From Eledone cirrhosa (Eukaryota): a DNA stretch of 64,000 nucleotides. Positions within the stretch are counted from its first letter, which is position 1. Every line of letters starts with the position of its first letter. Below the pieces are notes generated by a model. It was not told where the DNA came from. It worked only from the letters and a program-made list of their open reading frames with translations, and did not search any database. Of this stretch, positions 38,700 to 53,748 are shown piece after piece. A program made the position numbers and the translations under genes. The DNA lies in assembly GCA_964016885.1 (NCBI GenBank), contig OZ024743.1, positions 50,034,001 through 50,098,000 of the forward strand. The letters are read 5' to 3'.

Positions 38700-41445
38700 T
38701 ATAAAAATGAAAATTGAAACAATGAAAAATTCCCCAATAGGGGGGAAACCTCCGAGGGTTACTCGTGGCGAAAACCACACAAATGACCACGGCCACCCTG
38801 ACCACCAGGCCAAGCGCCCTCTCTCAATTTTTCCATCTCTCAAACTAGAGATATATATAACCCTTTCAACCTTGTCCACCACACAATCTCTTTCGCCATG
38901 GCCACCAGGCAGATGAAAATCGCCTGCCCTTCCCCCTCAAAGGAAGACGGCGAGACCATCTGCACAATGGACTCTGCACAATGGACAACCGGATCAGTCC
39001 CACACGCGACACCAACTGTTCGACATAGCTCCACAAGTCAGCAATGCTCGGGCACTGAACGAGTGCGTGCACGACGGTTTCGTCGCTCTGCGCGCATCTC
39101 GGACAGGCTCGGCTGATGGCACTTCCGTGCCTGTAGAGCTTATCTCAAACCGGCAGCGCTCCCCGGTAACACTGCCAGGGATTTTTGGAAATTATCCATA
39201 GGCCTCGGGTTGAAAGTTCTCCGGAAGAGAGCAAACAGCTGATCTTCTTCGACGCCCAGGATCTCTCCGAGAATGTCGTCGCTCTTCCCTTCCGCTAGTC
39301 CTCTATAGAACGCCGAGGTGGATGTTCCACCGATACTGGTGCCCAGCTGGCAGAGGGCAGTGAGCGACTGGAGTTTCCAGTTTCCAAGCGCTATCCCTCG
39401 GTCTTTTTCTGACCCAGGACTGCAGCTACGTCAAGGAGACGAGCTATGAGAAAACGTGCCTGGCGAACGGCGACCACACCTGTTCACCATCAAGGAAGCA
39501 CCAGAGATGTCGCAGCCTCAGCGCATGTTTGCGCATCATCAGCCATGGCATGCCCAGTCCTCCACGCAACGGGTGTTGACAGCAGATGGGTCGTCTGACC
39601 ATGGGAGCGCGTCCCTTCCACAAAAAGCGGAAGAGGAGGCGCTCCATTTTGGTGAGAGTTGGGCTGGAACAAGGGTCGACGGTGAGGCGGTAGCAGATGA
39701 CGGATGCGATGTACGCATTCGCCACCTCCGCCCGGCCTTTCAGGGACAGCTTCCTCTCGGCCCATTTCTGGGTGAGGGAGGCCACCCTGCTCGTCACCTC
39801 GTTCCAGTTAATCTCCATCTGGAGGTCCGGTCCAAACCAGACCCCGAGCAATTTAACCGGTCCGTCCGTCCAACGCCCCACGACGCTGTCGGACGGCATA
39901 GACTTGCCTCTCCAGGTGCCGAGCTGCAAGCCCCCCGACTTTTCCTGGTTTATCATTGCTCCTGTCACCGCTTCGTATTCCTTGAGAGCGGTGCCGAGCA
40001 TCTGGACGTGTCTGGTGCTCGATACCACCATGGTGACGTCGTCAGCGTAAGCCGACTCGGATTTCCCGCATCCTAGTTCGCGTGGGACGCCCCTCATCGC
40101 CCCCAGTTTGTGCAGTAACGGCTCGAGAGCCAATACGTACAAGAGGGACGAGAGGAGACAACCCTGGCGGACTGAGTGCATGATGCTGAACGGCTGCGAC
40201 AGGTGACCGTTCACCCTCACAACTGAGAAGATGTTGCTGTACATTGCTGCGATCTAACCCCTGAAAACGGGCCCGAAACCGGCTGCCTCGAGGACCGCCG
40301 CCAGGTACCGATGGTCGACCCTATCGAATGCTTTGGATTGATCCAAGTTGATCAGGGCCCCACCCGTGCCAGGTTCCTTAACCACCCTCACTATGATGTA
40401 TCGCATCAGGTGGAGGTTGTCGTGTATGGATCTGTCCGGAACGGCGCATCCCTGCGCCTCTCCCACCAGACCCTTGACGACAAGCGCCAACCTCGTTGCT
40501 AACACCTTGGCCAAAATCTTGAACTCTGCGTTTAGCAGGGTTATGGGCCTGAAATTATCGATAACATCCCCCTTGTTCGGGTCTTTTCTCAGCAGCGCCA
40601 CTGCTCCCCGGCTCACAAAACTGGGAATGCTCCCGTTCTGCTGCCAGTTGCAGTAGGCGTCTGCCAAGAGGTCAGCGAACAAGTCTGGCATAAATGCATA
40701 AAGCTCGTAGGGCAGACCATCCAAACCTGGCGATTTACCCCTTGTGCAGTTAGCCATCGCTTCCCGTATTTCACCGGCTGTTATTGGCTTTTCGCAACAC
40801 TGTGCTGCGGTCGTCGAGAGCCGAGGCAGTCCGTCGAGGCATGCACTGAAGACCATACCCCGATCCGGGCCGCCGCCGCTCCCTAACAGTTCAGCAAAGT
40901 GCTGCTGAAAAGCTTCACACATCCGCTCGGGTTCGAGCATCACGCACCCGTTTTGGTCAGACAAAGACCAAATTGTGGCTTTGTTGCCCGTCGCGCCTCT
41001 GCCACCCGGGCCCATTGGACGGCTTTTGTCCCCTCGTGTTTCAGAGCACGCGCTCTAGCTCTGACAACGCAGCCTTCGTGTTTTGCGTTGAAGAATTGGT
41101 CGAGTGCCAATCTCGCCGCAAGCACGTCGGTTGCGATGCCTGTCCTAAACGCTTCTTCTAGCTTTCTGACTAGCTCTCCCTCTACTCTATTTTCCTCTAT
41201 CGCTACTCCTTTGCTAAACCTAATCGACTCTACTTTAATTGCCCTTTTCAGGGCGAACCACCACCTGTTGTTGACGACCGCTCCCGTCAACGCCCGCTTA
41301 ACTAATACGCTAATCCGGTCTCTGTAGGCTTTGCGCGTCGGGAAAGACGCGTTCAGCTTCCAGTAACCAAGCCCTTGTCTATGAAGTCTGTCTATGTCGA
41401 TCTCACAGATCACAAATTTGTGGTCTGTATAGTCGACTATTTTAT
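38700..41445 (-). mobile_element. 5'-truncated degenerate Tx1 LINE, same family as 4479-10340
   Basis: From YTDHKF through RT (YADD) to WWTRLKG; frameshifts, stops, and an internal deletion near 38855. Confidence 0.93.
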
Positions 41446-41514
41446 AATAATGTTGTGACTTGGTGATAACTCGTATGAACATAAAGCAAGATAAATGCAA
41501 TAATAATAATAATA

Positions 41515-41700
41515 ATAATTGTTTCTACTTTAGGCACAAGGCCAGCAATTACCCAGTGCATTACTGGTACTTTATTTTATCGACCCCGTAAGGATGAAAG
41601 GCAAAGTCATCCTCGGTGGGATTTGAACTCAGATTGTAAAGGGACGTAACTATGCTGGAAAGCATGGCGTCCGACTCTAAACCGATACTGCTAATCCACC
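41515..41700 (-). mobile_element. SINE A between (AAT)n tracts
   Basis: Full family match. Confidence 0.88.
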
Positions 41701-41703
41701 ATC

Positions 41704-41759
<56 letters not shown>

Positions 41760-42096
41760 GGGTACAAGTATCGTAAGAGAAGAGAAAGCAGAGAGATACA
41801 GAGAGGTGCTATACAGATTACTAAATGCCAATAGCCGAAGAGTGGTGTGCTCAATGCTTGGGTTAGCAGAGTTAAATATTAGAGGAAGTTAATATTTAGC
41901 GTCTAGTTTTAGCAGAGCGGGAATAAGCAAATGAATGAAGGAGTTACAAGCCGTGTAAGAGCTATATAAAGAACTTAACGGCTTGTAACTCATTCATTCA
42001 TTTGTATATATATATATATATATAAAGAAAAAGAGATGAAATCGAAAATGCAACTGGAGTCTTATTTTTTTTAAAAATATATATATTTATTTGGTT

Positions 42097-42134
42097 CCTT
42101 TACCGGTTTCGCAGTTCTTCTGCTTTTCAAAAGG
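42097..42134 (-). ncRNA. Minimal hammerhead, U3:A8 variant
   Basis: Reverse complement of 45134-45171. Confidence 0.75.
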
Positions 42135-42722
42135 TGAGTTGAGATGGAGGGTCTGTGGTTTTTCTCACATCTGGTTGGTCTCTGAATGTTACTTGTTTTA
42201 TATGGAAAAAGTGGCTCGAAATGCCAGGTTTTTCGAGAAGTAATTTCATTGGTTTGGCAATAATGATAATAAATTTCGCGCCAGTTCTCGTTACAATAGT
42301 TCTTCAAATAAGAGGGGGGGTTGTCACAGGTTGTTTTTTCATATATAAGTGTTTGAATTTCTTTTTACTTGAAAAAAGGGGCTCACGAAGGCTTTTTTGG
42401 GGTTGGTTATAAATGAAATTATGGCTGTCACGTGAACAAGTTTTCATTAAATTTTCGTGCCCTTATTTGGAAATCCATTCTGTAGCCTCTTTAGAGAATT
42501 TTATGATAAGTGAAAGATAATGGTCAAGAGAAAGGGATGGGAGAATTGTTCTGGTTCAGTGAATATGGTTAGTTCGCTGGGGTGTCAGAATTCAGATTTT
42601 CTATTGAATAAAGAAAGTAAAGATATGTATGTTTATTTGTGTGCTTGTGTATGTGTGCGTGTGAGTGTGTGTGTGTTGTGTGTGTGTTTGAATTTCTTTA
42701 CTTAAAAAAAAGGTGGCTCACG

Positions 42723-42757
<35 letters not shown>

Positions 42758-43010
42758 TAAACGTGATTTGATTGGTTATAAATGAAATTTGGCTGTCACG
42801 TGAACAAGTTTTCATTACATTTTTGCGCCCTTATTTGGAAATCTATTCTGTAGCCTTTATAGAGAATGTTATGACAAGGGAAAGATAGTGGTCAAGAGAA
42901 ATGGGATTGGGAGAATTGTTCTGGTTCAGTGAATATGGTTAGTTCGCTGGGGTGTCAGAGTTCAGATTGTTTTTCTATTGAAGTGAAGATATGTATGTTT
43001 ATTTGTGTGC

Positions 43011-43046
<36 letters not shown>

Positions 43047-43511
43047 TGGAAGATGATTCTATTAGTAGAAATGGGGGGGGGGGGAGTTGTGTGTGTGTGT
43101 ATATGGGTGTTATGTGTGTGTGTGCGAGTATGAGAATATATATTTTGTGTGTGTGTATATATGTGTGTAGGAAAGTGGTTCTATTAGTAGAAATAGGGGA
43201 GGGAGTTGTGGGTGTGGGGGTTGTTATGTGTGTGTATGGGTGTTATGTGTGTGGGAGTATGGTTAGCATGTTAAGATGAAGAGAATATATATATATATAT
43301 ATTGTGTGTGTGTGTGTGTGTGTAGGAAAATGATTCCTTTAGTAGGAATATTTTTGAATGAACATATTTTCCTTACTTATTCGTATTTGTTCTGTTGTAT
43401 TGTCAGTGCAAACGTATGTTAAGGTTTATTTAGTTCGGGTTTTTATTTTATAAAGTAGAAGGTGTTGTGTGTGTGTGTGTATGTCATATTATGGTGTTGA
43501 CATAATGTATA

Positions 43512-44700
43512 TTAAACCATATTTAATGCTGGTCTATATTTTTGAATAAACATATTTTCCTTATTTATTCGTATTTGTTCTGTTGTATTGTTAGCGCAAA
43601 GGTAAAATGGGAAGACTTGGAATTTGGGTGTCTTATTACTTGCGCAAATGTCTAGATGTGCACTTAGTGGTATCTGTCTCGTGGTTGGATCTCGTAATTG
43701 TTGGCGATGAACTGTCATTCTGTTTCTGAGTGTGAGTTTAGTTTGTCCTATATAATCTTCATTGCATCCTTTACATTTAATGGCATAAATTAGATTTTTT
43801 TATGAGCAAGTGAAGTGATTTTTTACAGTAAAATTTTGTCCTGATTTAAATGTATACGTGTTGCCTTCAATGAGGTGAGTGCAGGTTCCACAATTAGAGC
43901 GACCACATTTTTTGATACTTGGTTGTGGGTTTGGGGTAGGTAATTTGGCATTGGTGAGTAATGTTTTCAGTGATTTTGGTTGTCTTTTGCTTTTGATTAT
44001 TTTGTGTTTCAAGGGCTTTTTTCATTCTTGGGTTTTGTTTTAGTAGTGGGATGTTCTTGTGAATAGACTTGTAAGCTTCCGCATTTCTTGGGTTGTGTGT
44101 TGAGATATATGATAGAATATTGGACGTACCTTGAATTTGTTTCTGTTTCCGTAATTCATCAATGCCTATTGCTTTAGCCCTTTCTATTCCATTATTTATT
44201 AGTAATAGTGGGTACTCTCTCTCGAGTAGAATTTTCTTTAATTCTTGAAGTCTTTTATTTCGCGTTTCATAATTGGAGACAATTGTGCAAATTCTTCTTG
44301 CTAGTTTAAAAGGAATGTTCGTCTTCGTGTGCTTTGGATGGTTGGAGGTGAATAGCAGATATTGTTTGGAATCTGTTGGTTTGTAGTGTATGTCAGTTTC
44401 GATATTTGTGTCTTTTTTTAAGATTAAGATGTCCAGAAATGGGTGTTGATCTTGGCTGTATTCCATTGTGAATTGGATGTGGTTATTGATGCCGTTTATT
44501 AAGTTTTTGAAATCCTTCAGTTGGTCGAGTGTGTGGGACCAAAGAATGAGGCAATCATCCAAGTAGCGTTTCCAATTCTCTGATAAATATTTGTGGAAGT
44601 TCAATCCGTATTTTGATTTGGACTGTTCATATATCTGGACTTCTAAGTATGCCATGACTAAGTTGGCATAAGTTGGAGCGGCTTTTGTACCCATCGCAGT
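43512..44700 (-). pseudogene. PLE RT plus Cys-rich linker plus GIY-YIG (frameshifted)
   Basis: TAMGTKAAPTYANL, WKRYLDD, FLDI, YKPTD, SNHPKH, CGRSNCGTC, IYAIKCKGC..YIGQT..RMTVHR. Confidence 0.88.
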
Positions 44701-45133
44701 CCATATTCACTGAACCAGAACAATTCTCCCATCCCTTTCTCTTGACCATTATATTTCACTTATCATAAAATTCTCTAAAAAGGCTACAGAATGGATTTCC
44801 AAATAAGGGCACGAAAATTGAATGAAAACTTGTTCACGTGACAGCCATAATTTCATTTATAACCAACCAAAAAAACCCTTCGTGAGCCCCTTTTTTCAAG
44901 TAAAAAGAAATTCAAACACTCATATATGAAAAAACAACCTGTGACAACCCCCCCTCTTATTTGAAGAACTATTGTAACGCGAACTGGCGCGAAATTTATT
45001 ATAATTATTGACAAACCAATGAAATTACTTCTCGAAAAACCTGGCATTTCGAGCCACTTTTTCCATATAAAACAAGTAACATTCAGAGACCAACCAGATG
45101 TGAGAAAAACCACAGACCCTCCATCTCAACTCA

Positions 45134-45171
45134 CCTTTTGAAAAGCAGAAGAACTGCGAAACCGGTAAAGG
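45134..45171 (+). ncRNA. Minimal hammerhead, U3:A8 variant
   Basis: cctt-TTGAAAA-gcag aagaa ctgc-GAAA-ccgg-TA-aagg. Confidence 0.75.
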
Positions 45172-45310
45172 AACCAAATAAATATATATATATTTAAAAA
45201 AAAAATAAGACTCCAGTTGCATTTTCGATTTCATCTCTTTTTCTTTATACTTTCACTCGTGTAGGACACCTCGGTTATTTTTCATTTTGTAAAAAAAACC
45301 TCACTTTCTA

Positions 45311-45369
<59 letters not shown>

Positions 45370-45374
45370 TATAA

Positions 45375-45740
45375 ATGAATGACTTCTACAGGACTGGAAC
45401 TGTTTCATTTGTATGAAATCATCGGGATATTCCGGGTGATATTCCGTATTTGATGTGTGTTTCAGGAAGGAACAGGAGTTTACGTTGATGTGCTCTTTGA
45501 TTGTGAGGTGTAAAGAGGGCCGAATAGTGCTGTCAATGTAGAATTGGCTGCATTTGTCACAACTTGTACACTATGTAGGGACGCAGGCAACTATCAGTGT
45601 TGCGGGTAATTGCCTAGGGTGGATCTGTTATTATAACTGGGGGGATGTCTTTTGGATAGGCATCGTCGCAGGGAAGGTCCCGAGTGGGCCAGTCTGATGT
45701 CGAGGTCCTCAGGATTGCTCTGCGTATCTGTGTATGGCGT
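45375..45740 (-). mobile_element. Old PLE GIY-YIG remnant
   Basis: Broken-frame VY..CDKCSQFYIDSTIR..LHLTIKEH. Confidence 0.45.
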
Positions 45741-45816
45741 TGGTATGTATGTATGTATGTATGTATGTATGTATGTATGTATGTATGTATGTATGTATGT
45801 ATGTATGTATGTATGT

Positions 45817-47135
45817 ATAACAAAAGAATTGTGGTAAGGAACCAGATGGACCATAACGCACCAGAGTACTCAATACTTAGGGTAGAGTGGGAAATAGGAA
45901 AAAGTATGACCCCGACGGCAGAGCTCAAGCCGTTTCGACGGCTATTTCTGGACTAAATTAGAATTTTTAGCCTGGTGAATAAATAGCCGAAGTTGTCAAG
46001 GGGGTACTTCCTTATATGGGAAGATTGTAGTTTCAAGAGTATTGGTTAAAATTTGTTGTAAACACAAATAAGTCTATCATGGCATTTGGAGGGAGGTAGG
46101 GGTGGCTGAACTTGCCTGTAGAACAATAGGAGAGTGAGTGGAGCGGTCAAGCGTTAAAGGTGATATGTACACAGCAGATTCTAAGGATAGTGTATGAAAT
46201 GGAGGAGGGAGGTTATAGAATAGGTAATTCGAATGAGAGTAGGAGACAATAAAAGATAATAGAAAGAAATAAAAAAAATATAAAATTAGATAGTGAGAAA
46301 TGAATAAAAAAAATCACAATGCTATCTTACAATTACAGGTTAATAAGTTGAGAATAGAAAAAACTTGTAGAATGAGTAGTAACAAAACTGATACAAAATT
46401 AAAGGGGTTTTAACACATCTGCTATAAGTAGTCAGTAAAACGTATTCGGCCAATTCTATCTTAAAATTACAAGGGTGGGGGAACTGATGCTACAGAGGCC
46501 CGATGGGCTGCATCGGAGTAGGCGAAAGGGGAAAAGCAGACGAGGAAAATAGGGGGTGGAAAGAAGTGATAAGATGAGACAGGGAGAAGAAGAAGACAAA
46601 GAGGAAAAGAAAAGAGATACATCTACCTATGTAAGCTGGGGTTTCCCCTAACTTATTCGGCAAGTGGGGGGTTATCAGCCCTTGTCTACCCACCCGGGTC
46701 GTTATGGAGTTTGAGGGCGAGGTAAGTCCTACGCAATCTGTGTTTGCATGCGGTTACCAGTTCATCTTTCTTGTTTAGGAGTTGGTCCTTCGAAAACAGC
46801 ATTTGTAATGTTTCCTCCGAGCATAAGTTACACGGACGGCGTCCTACCGTGTAAGAGTTAGCTCTGGACAGTAAGCTCCAATTGAGATTGTAGGTTATAT
46901 TATTATCTTGCAGGTCCCAGATCTGGCCCGAAAGTGTAGTGGCATGTCGCCGGACCAGGTTTCGGAAAGTATGTCGGTGTTGGTAGAGCCGGGTCTTGAA
47001 GTCACACGCGGTTAATCCTATATAAGCTTTCCTCACGTTGCACTGGTAGATCACGTTACGTTCTCGGCATTTGTTGTTGAGGGGGGCACGTAGATCTATC
47101 AGGGCAGTTACACCTCCTGGTCGGCTCTCCACTGA
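45817..47135 (-). mobile_element. Penelope-like element 5: GIY-YIG C-terminus plus 3' UTR/pLTR
   Basis: ORF 47132-46686: VIYQC..YIGLT..FKTRLYQH..TTLSGQIW..CNLCSEE..LLNKKDELVTACKHR. Confidence 0.85.
45909..46005 (-). ncRNA. Hammerhead-like motif, U3:A8 variant with a full stem III
   Basis: cccc-TTGACAA-ctt cggctattt..aaatagccg tc-GAAA-cggc ttgagctct gccg-TC-gggg; the base of stem II is mismatched. Confidence 0.6.
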
Positions 47136-47172
47136 TGTCTAGGATATTTCTTCCATAGGTATATATATATAT

Positions 47173-48007
47173 ATGAAAACAGGGAGAAAAAGACGATTAT
47201 TCGGAAGAAAAATATTTATTTTCCTTTTTTATTTATTTCTCTCTTTTCTTCTGGGTTAGAAAATGATTAAAACGAAATACTTTACTTTGTGTGAAGTGTT
47301 AAGGTATTAGTTGATTTATTTATTAATTAACAATGGCATTTATTTATCTATTTATATATTTAATAATTGTCTGTTACCGGTTTCAGTATTTTTATGCATT
47401 ATCAAATGATAGTGATATGTATTGGTGTACAATGGTGGTGTTGCACATGTTAAAGAAATGGTGCAGAAAGAATAATGTTATTTACAAACAAGGTTTATGA
47501 AGTGAAAAGAAAAAAGAAAAAAGAAAAAAAGGGACGTAATGTGGAGCATTAAAAGTCAATGTGAAAGAAAAAATAATGTTATTTACAGGCATAGTTCTTG
47601 AAGTTAAGCAGATCAAAATGTGTTAATATAGGAAGGGTGCATAGTTGATCCATGATGGAGGCAAATGGTGGACTGGGGTTTGATATGATTTCCCTTTATA
47701 GAGAGTTAATATGCAGGCGGAGGTAATTCATGCTGAATGATATTTAATTTATTTAAGAAAAAGGATTAGGTAGGGGGTAAGGGAGGTAACCCTTTAGAGA
47801 GACATAGGTATTTGTAAATGTTTCATTGTTCGTTCCAGTTTTAGTTTAGTCCAAAGTTTAGTGCCTTAAGTAAAATGCATTTAGTGCATTTAGTGCATAA
47901 AGTAAAATATTTCCTTTTAATCATTTTCTAACCCAGAAAAAAGAGAGAAAGAAATAAAAAGGGAAAAAATATATTTTTCGTCCTAATAATCGTTTTTTTC
48001 TCCCTGT

Positions 48008-48012
<5 letters not shown>
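47173..48012. mobile_element. Non-coding element with ~115-bp diverged inverted ends in (TA)n
   Basis: 47173-47290 versus 47900-48012; eroded TTGATAA..GAAAccggTA on the minus strand at ~47368-47411. Confidence 0.6.
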
Positions 48013-48069
<57 letters not shown>

Positions 48070-48119
48070 TAACTCGTGTGCTTCTTCTCCACATTTTATT
48101 ATTATTATTTATATATATA

Positions 48120-48311
48120 TGTGTAAAAAGGTAAACAGAAATAACAACACAATCGATATGGAAGGAATATATTAGGTTAACGCTTGAAATAGCAGGAAGA
48201 GGGTGTTGACGTTTCGGAAGCTAGTCCTTCATCAGAAGAAAGAATGAGAAATAAGATATATTGAGGGGAATTGGAAAAAAATGTCTTTAGATTAAAATAA
48301 CAGGTCCATTC
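48120..48311 (-). mobile_element. pLTR fragment with a hammerhead core (same family as 58838-59146)
   Basis: CTGATGA-a gga ctagct tcc-GAAACGTC on the minus strand at ~48205-48240; stem I is eroded. Confidence 0.6.
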
Positions 48312-48972
48312 ATGTTGAAATCTCTTGGAATATATATAGTCAAAAGTAGAAGATATATGTGTTTATATATAGAGAGAATAGGAACCATATATCCAGAGAA
48401 GACGAGTTTTCTGAGTCTGTTGTGGTTTAATTATAATGGACAGTTTGTGATCGATAACCATTCACATAGATCGATTTTAAATCACAGTTTACAATTAACA
48501 AAATGGCACCATAGGGTCTCTTTTGATTCCATCTTGATATATCGTTCTCTCTATATATATATCTATACATATATCTTCTACTTTGACTTAGTATTGCTCC
48601 AGATATTGTCTATTGAGTTAATTGATTGAGAAGCAAATAATTCAAACATATTTTATATGTTATATTTGTACACATATATATATATATTGGTATGTTTATG
48701 TACATTTTTTCTTCTAACTTTGATTTTATACCTAATTGTGTATGGTAAACTATATATCTAGTCAATTTCTACGGGCTATTAGAAATACTGGGTAAATCTT
48801 CTGTGGCTAGGGATCGCGGATAAAGTAGGTATCATTTATTTGTCTACTGTTTCTTCATAGGTACATTTTAAACTTATAGCCTCGTTTAATTTGTTTTTTA
48901 TGTGGTTGATTATGCTGATTGGGAGGAGAAATACTGTATATATTTTATCAAATGATTATATGGACTTACATT

Positions 48973-49145
<173 letters not shown>

Positions 49146-49230
49146 ATCAATAATAATGAGTTCAAATCTCAGGCGATCATTTACAATGAAATAGCTCGAA
49201 GAAAGAAAGTATTTCTGAGCCGTGTAATAT

Positions 49231-50470
<1,240 letters not shown>

Positions 50471-50736
50471 AAAAAAGGAAAAGAATGACTTCACTTGTAG
50501 TGCTAAATAATTTGATTTAATTTTATAATATTATAATATTATGAGTTGGTAGATCTCGTAAGTTCTTTCTTAACTTTGGATCTTCAAGATAATGCTCCAG
50601 CATGGCCACCATCTCATATATGAGATCAGTAAAAGAATAAAAGAATAATTTCCCAAAGAAGCAATTCTCCGTTTTTTTTTTACTTTTTCCTTTTCTTTAT
50701 TTCGCGATTACTTGCCATGTTCGTTTAGTTTGGTAT

Positions 50737-50848
50737 TTCTTCTTCTTCTTCTTCTTCTTCTTCTTCTTCTTCTTCTTCTTCTTCTTCTTCTTCTTCTTCT
50801 TCTTCTTCTTCTTCTTCTTCTTCTTCTTCTTCTTCTTCTTCTTCTTCT
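50737..50848. repeat. (TTC)n microsatellite
   Basis: Directly visible. Confidence 0.95.
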
Positions 50849-51232
50849 CCTCCTCTCCCCCCCCACACTCCTCCTCCTCTCAGTCACTGTTTCTCATTGT
50901 TCATTCTTCATTACAGGAGAGGTGAGCTGATATGATACGCCAGAAGGCCATTACTAGGATATTCAAAACAACTGAAAGTTTGTTTATGATGAGAAAACAT
51001 TCGAGAAGAAGAACAACAACAACACACAGCAATACATTATTCCCCCACCACATACAGTGAAAGGTGTATGTATGTATGTGGTTTGTGAGAGTCTGGGCTG
51101 GTGTTAGAGGGTGGCTGGGTGAGACAGATGTCGAACAACAGAGTAAGCCTTCATCACTACAAGAATTCCGGCGTTCTTATCTCCAAGTCTGAAATTCCTC
51201 CCAGTGTGCAAAGTGTGTATATATTGGGCGGC

Positions 51233-51289
<57 letters not shown>

Positions 51290-51447
51290 TGTATGTAGAT
51301 CCGCCTGTGTTTATGGGTGAGAAAATAACCCAAATGTACATGAGTGCGAATATATATATATATATATATATATGCATCGTGAACCTAATACTAACACTTT
51401 GTACTGCACTCTTTGTTATTGTTTTTGTTTTCTTTTTCAACTATATA

Positions 51448-51511
<64 letters not shown>

Positions 51512-51988
51512 TATATGATATATGAGTTTCATATACACATGAAGACACATGCACGTCTACACGAAGGCATCATGACTTACGAATAGGTGTGTGTATATAT
51601 ATATATATATATAGTATTAAGGGAACAAAGAATCAGTGCTGCATCATATACATATTGCATTACATATTACATATGTTTCACTGTCTATCAGCTCGAGGAA
51701 CGGTCTATCAATGATCGAACCTGATGCTGGAATCGGAAGCTCCTGAGATATGTTTTAATATGTAAGTTCACGTCTGAGAGTGGATGAATATTTTCCCAAA
51801 TCCTTCTTATAAGTTAGCACTAATTCTATCATGGTGGTATTCCAACGTACTTGCTCATTGGTTTATTTTCGGTCAGATAACGGCGGGGTCTCTTTATAAA
51901 TTAGCGGCTATTCTCAGCATCCCGCTCAAATCGTCTCCCGTATTTATGCGTGTTGACCCGTCTGCCTGACTTCCACTGGAACATTGTT

Positions 51989-52108
51989 AGAGTTCAAATC
52001 CCGCCGAGGTTAACTTTGCCTTTCATCCTTACGGAGTCGATAAAATAAAGTACCAGTAATATACTGTCATAATGCTGGCCTTGTGCCAAAACTAGAAACA
52101 ATTATTAA
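51989..52108 (+). mobile_element. SINE A, 5'-truncated
   Basis: B-box through to the tail. Confidence 0.85.
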
Positions 52109-52342
52109 ATAGATAAGGCAATACGAGAAAAGATTGGCGGTCTAAAGTAAGGGGTGAGGGAGTAAAGATATAGAATATAAATAAAAAAAAATAAAATAAA
52201 AATAAGGGGTAAACGCCAATGCTTTGTCCCTTATATATTAATACTATTGATACTCTACTCCCTAACAGCATCGAGTGCTCCCCCGGTATACCGCCTACAT
52301 ACATACATACATACATACATACATACATACATACATACAAAC

Positions 52343-52373
<31 letters not shown>

Positions 52374-52424
52374 TGTATGTATGTATGTATGTATGTATGT
52401 ATGTATGTATGTATGTATGTATTA

Positions 52425-53030
52425 TGTCAGGTCACCAGTTGGTGCTACTGGTAACATGTATCCCAGTACAACCTGACTCATGGTCGGGTCGTTGGCGACT
52501 AAACTGGCAACCCCACCAAGGTTTCTTGGTGAGGAGGGTGACTTTGGACATCCTGCAGGACTAAAAACAAAACCTGTCAAAGGGCAAAGGAGCTCCTAAG
52601 AGTCAATGGCCATCCAAAATCACCGGGAGAGATGACCCCTTAGCCTTTGTCAAGGAAGAATTCTAGGAGAAGGAAAACTCTGATATAACACCTGCAACTC
52701 TGATGGTATCCAATGATGTTGACTTCTTCTTCTTTTTGGTAAATATCATCTTGGTTAAGAGAGTGGGACTGGCTTTGTGCAGTGCCTTTGCTCACTATAA
52801 AAGCTTCACGGCACAGGCATTGCTTTATATCTGGAGATCTCTCTGCAATTGTCGTCACATGGTACCATGGGCCCAGCACTATGTGTCAGTAAATGTCACA
52901 AGTGTAGTGTTTGTACGTCGCTGGCTGGACTAAAAAGTCACACTCGTTCAGCGCATCGGTAGGGGGTTCTTCTACATGGATATAAGGTAGTGGAGTGGCC
53001 GTACTCGAAAACGAGTTGGCAGCCACCATG
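52425..53030 (+). mobile_element. ~600-bp non-coding retroposon in (TATG)n
   Basis: Paralog of 36121-36750; contains ctaggagaaggaaaactctga. Confidence 0.65.
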
Positions 53031-53063
53031 TATTTATGTATGTATATGACATATATATGACAA

Positions 53064-53171
<108 letters not shown>

Positions 53172-53387
53172 GTGCGTGCTGGGCACAACCTATTGTTTGT
53201 TGAAGTACATGTTGATATAGAGAGAGAGATAGCCTTTGGACCACTTGATAGAACAATGTCTGCAACAACCAGAGATGTGGCAACAACAGTAACAACAACG
53301 ATAACAACAACAACAACAACGATAACAACAACAATAACAACGATAACAAGAGCAACGATTACAACAACGATAACAACAGCAACGATT

Positions 53388-53421
<34 letters not shown>

Positions 53422-53748
53422 CGATAACAAAAACAACAACAAAAACGATTACAACAACAACAATGAGAATTATAGGAGAACAATATTGAGAAAGGTGGGA
53501 AATGTTAGAACAATAGCAGCAACAACAATAACAACAATAGCAACAACAACAACAATAGCAACAACAACAACAATAACAACAGTGGTAAAACATAAACGAT
53601 AACAACAACAACGATAACAACATCAACGATAGCAATAACAACAATAACAACATTGTTTACAGTGTGAAATAGGTGCAGACATAGTTGTATAGCTAAGAAA
53701 GAATTCCACTTTGTAACATGTTTTGGGATTCAATGAATGGCATAACAT

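Larger units (their letters stand above)
42024..45311 (-). mobile_element. Penelope-like element 4 (Neptune/Poseidon-like), 5'-truncated, with ~545-bp inverted pLTRs
   Basis: 42024-42568 is the reverse complement of 44701-45248; partial tandem copy at 42690-43040; (TA)n at both ends. Confidence 0.9.
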
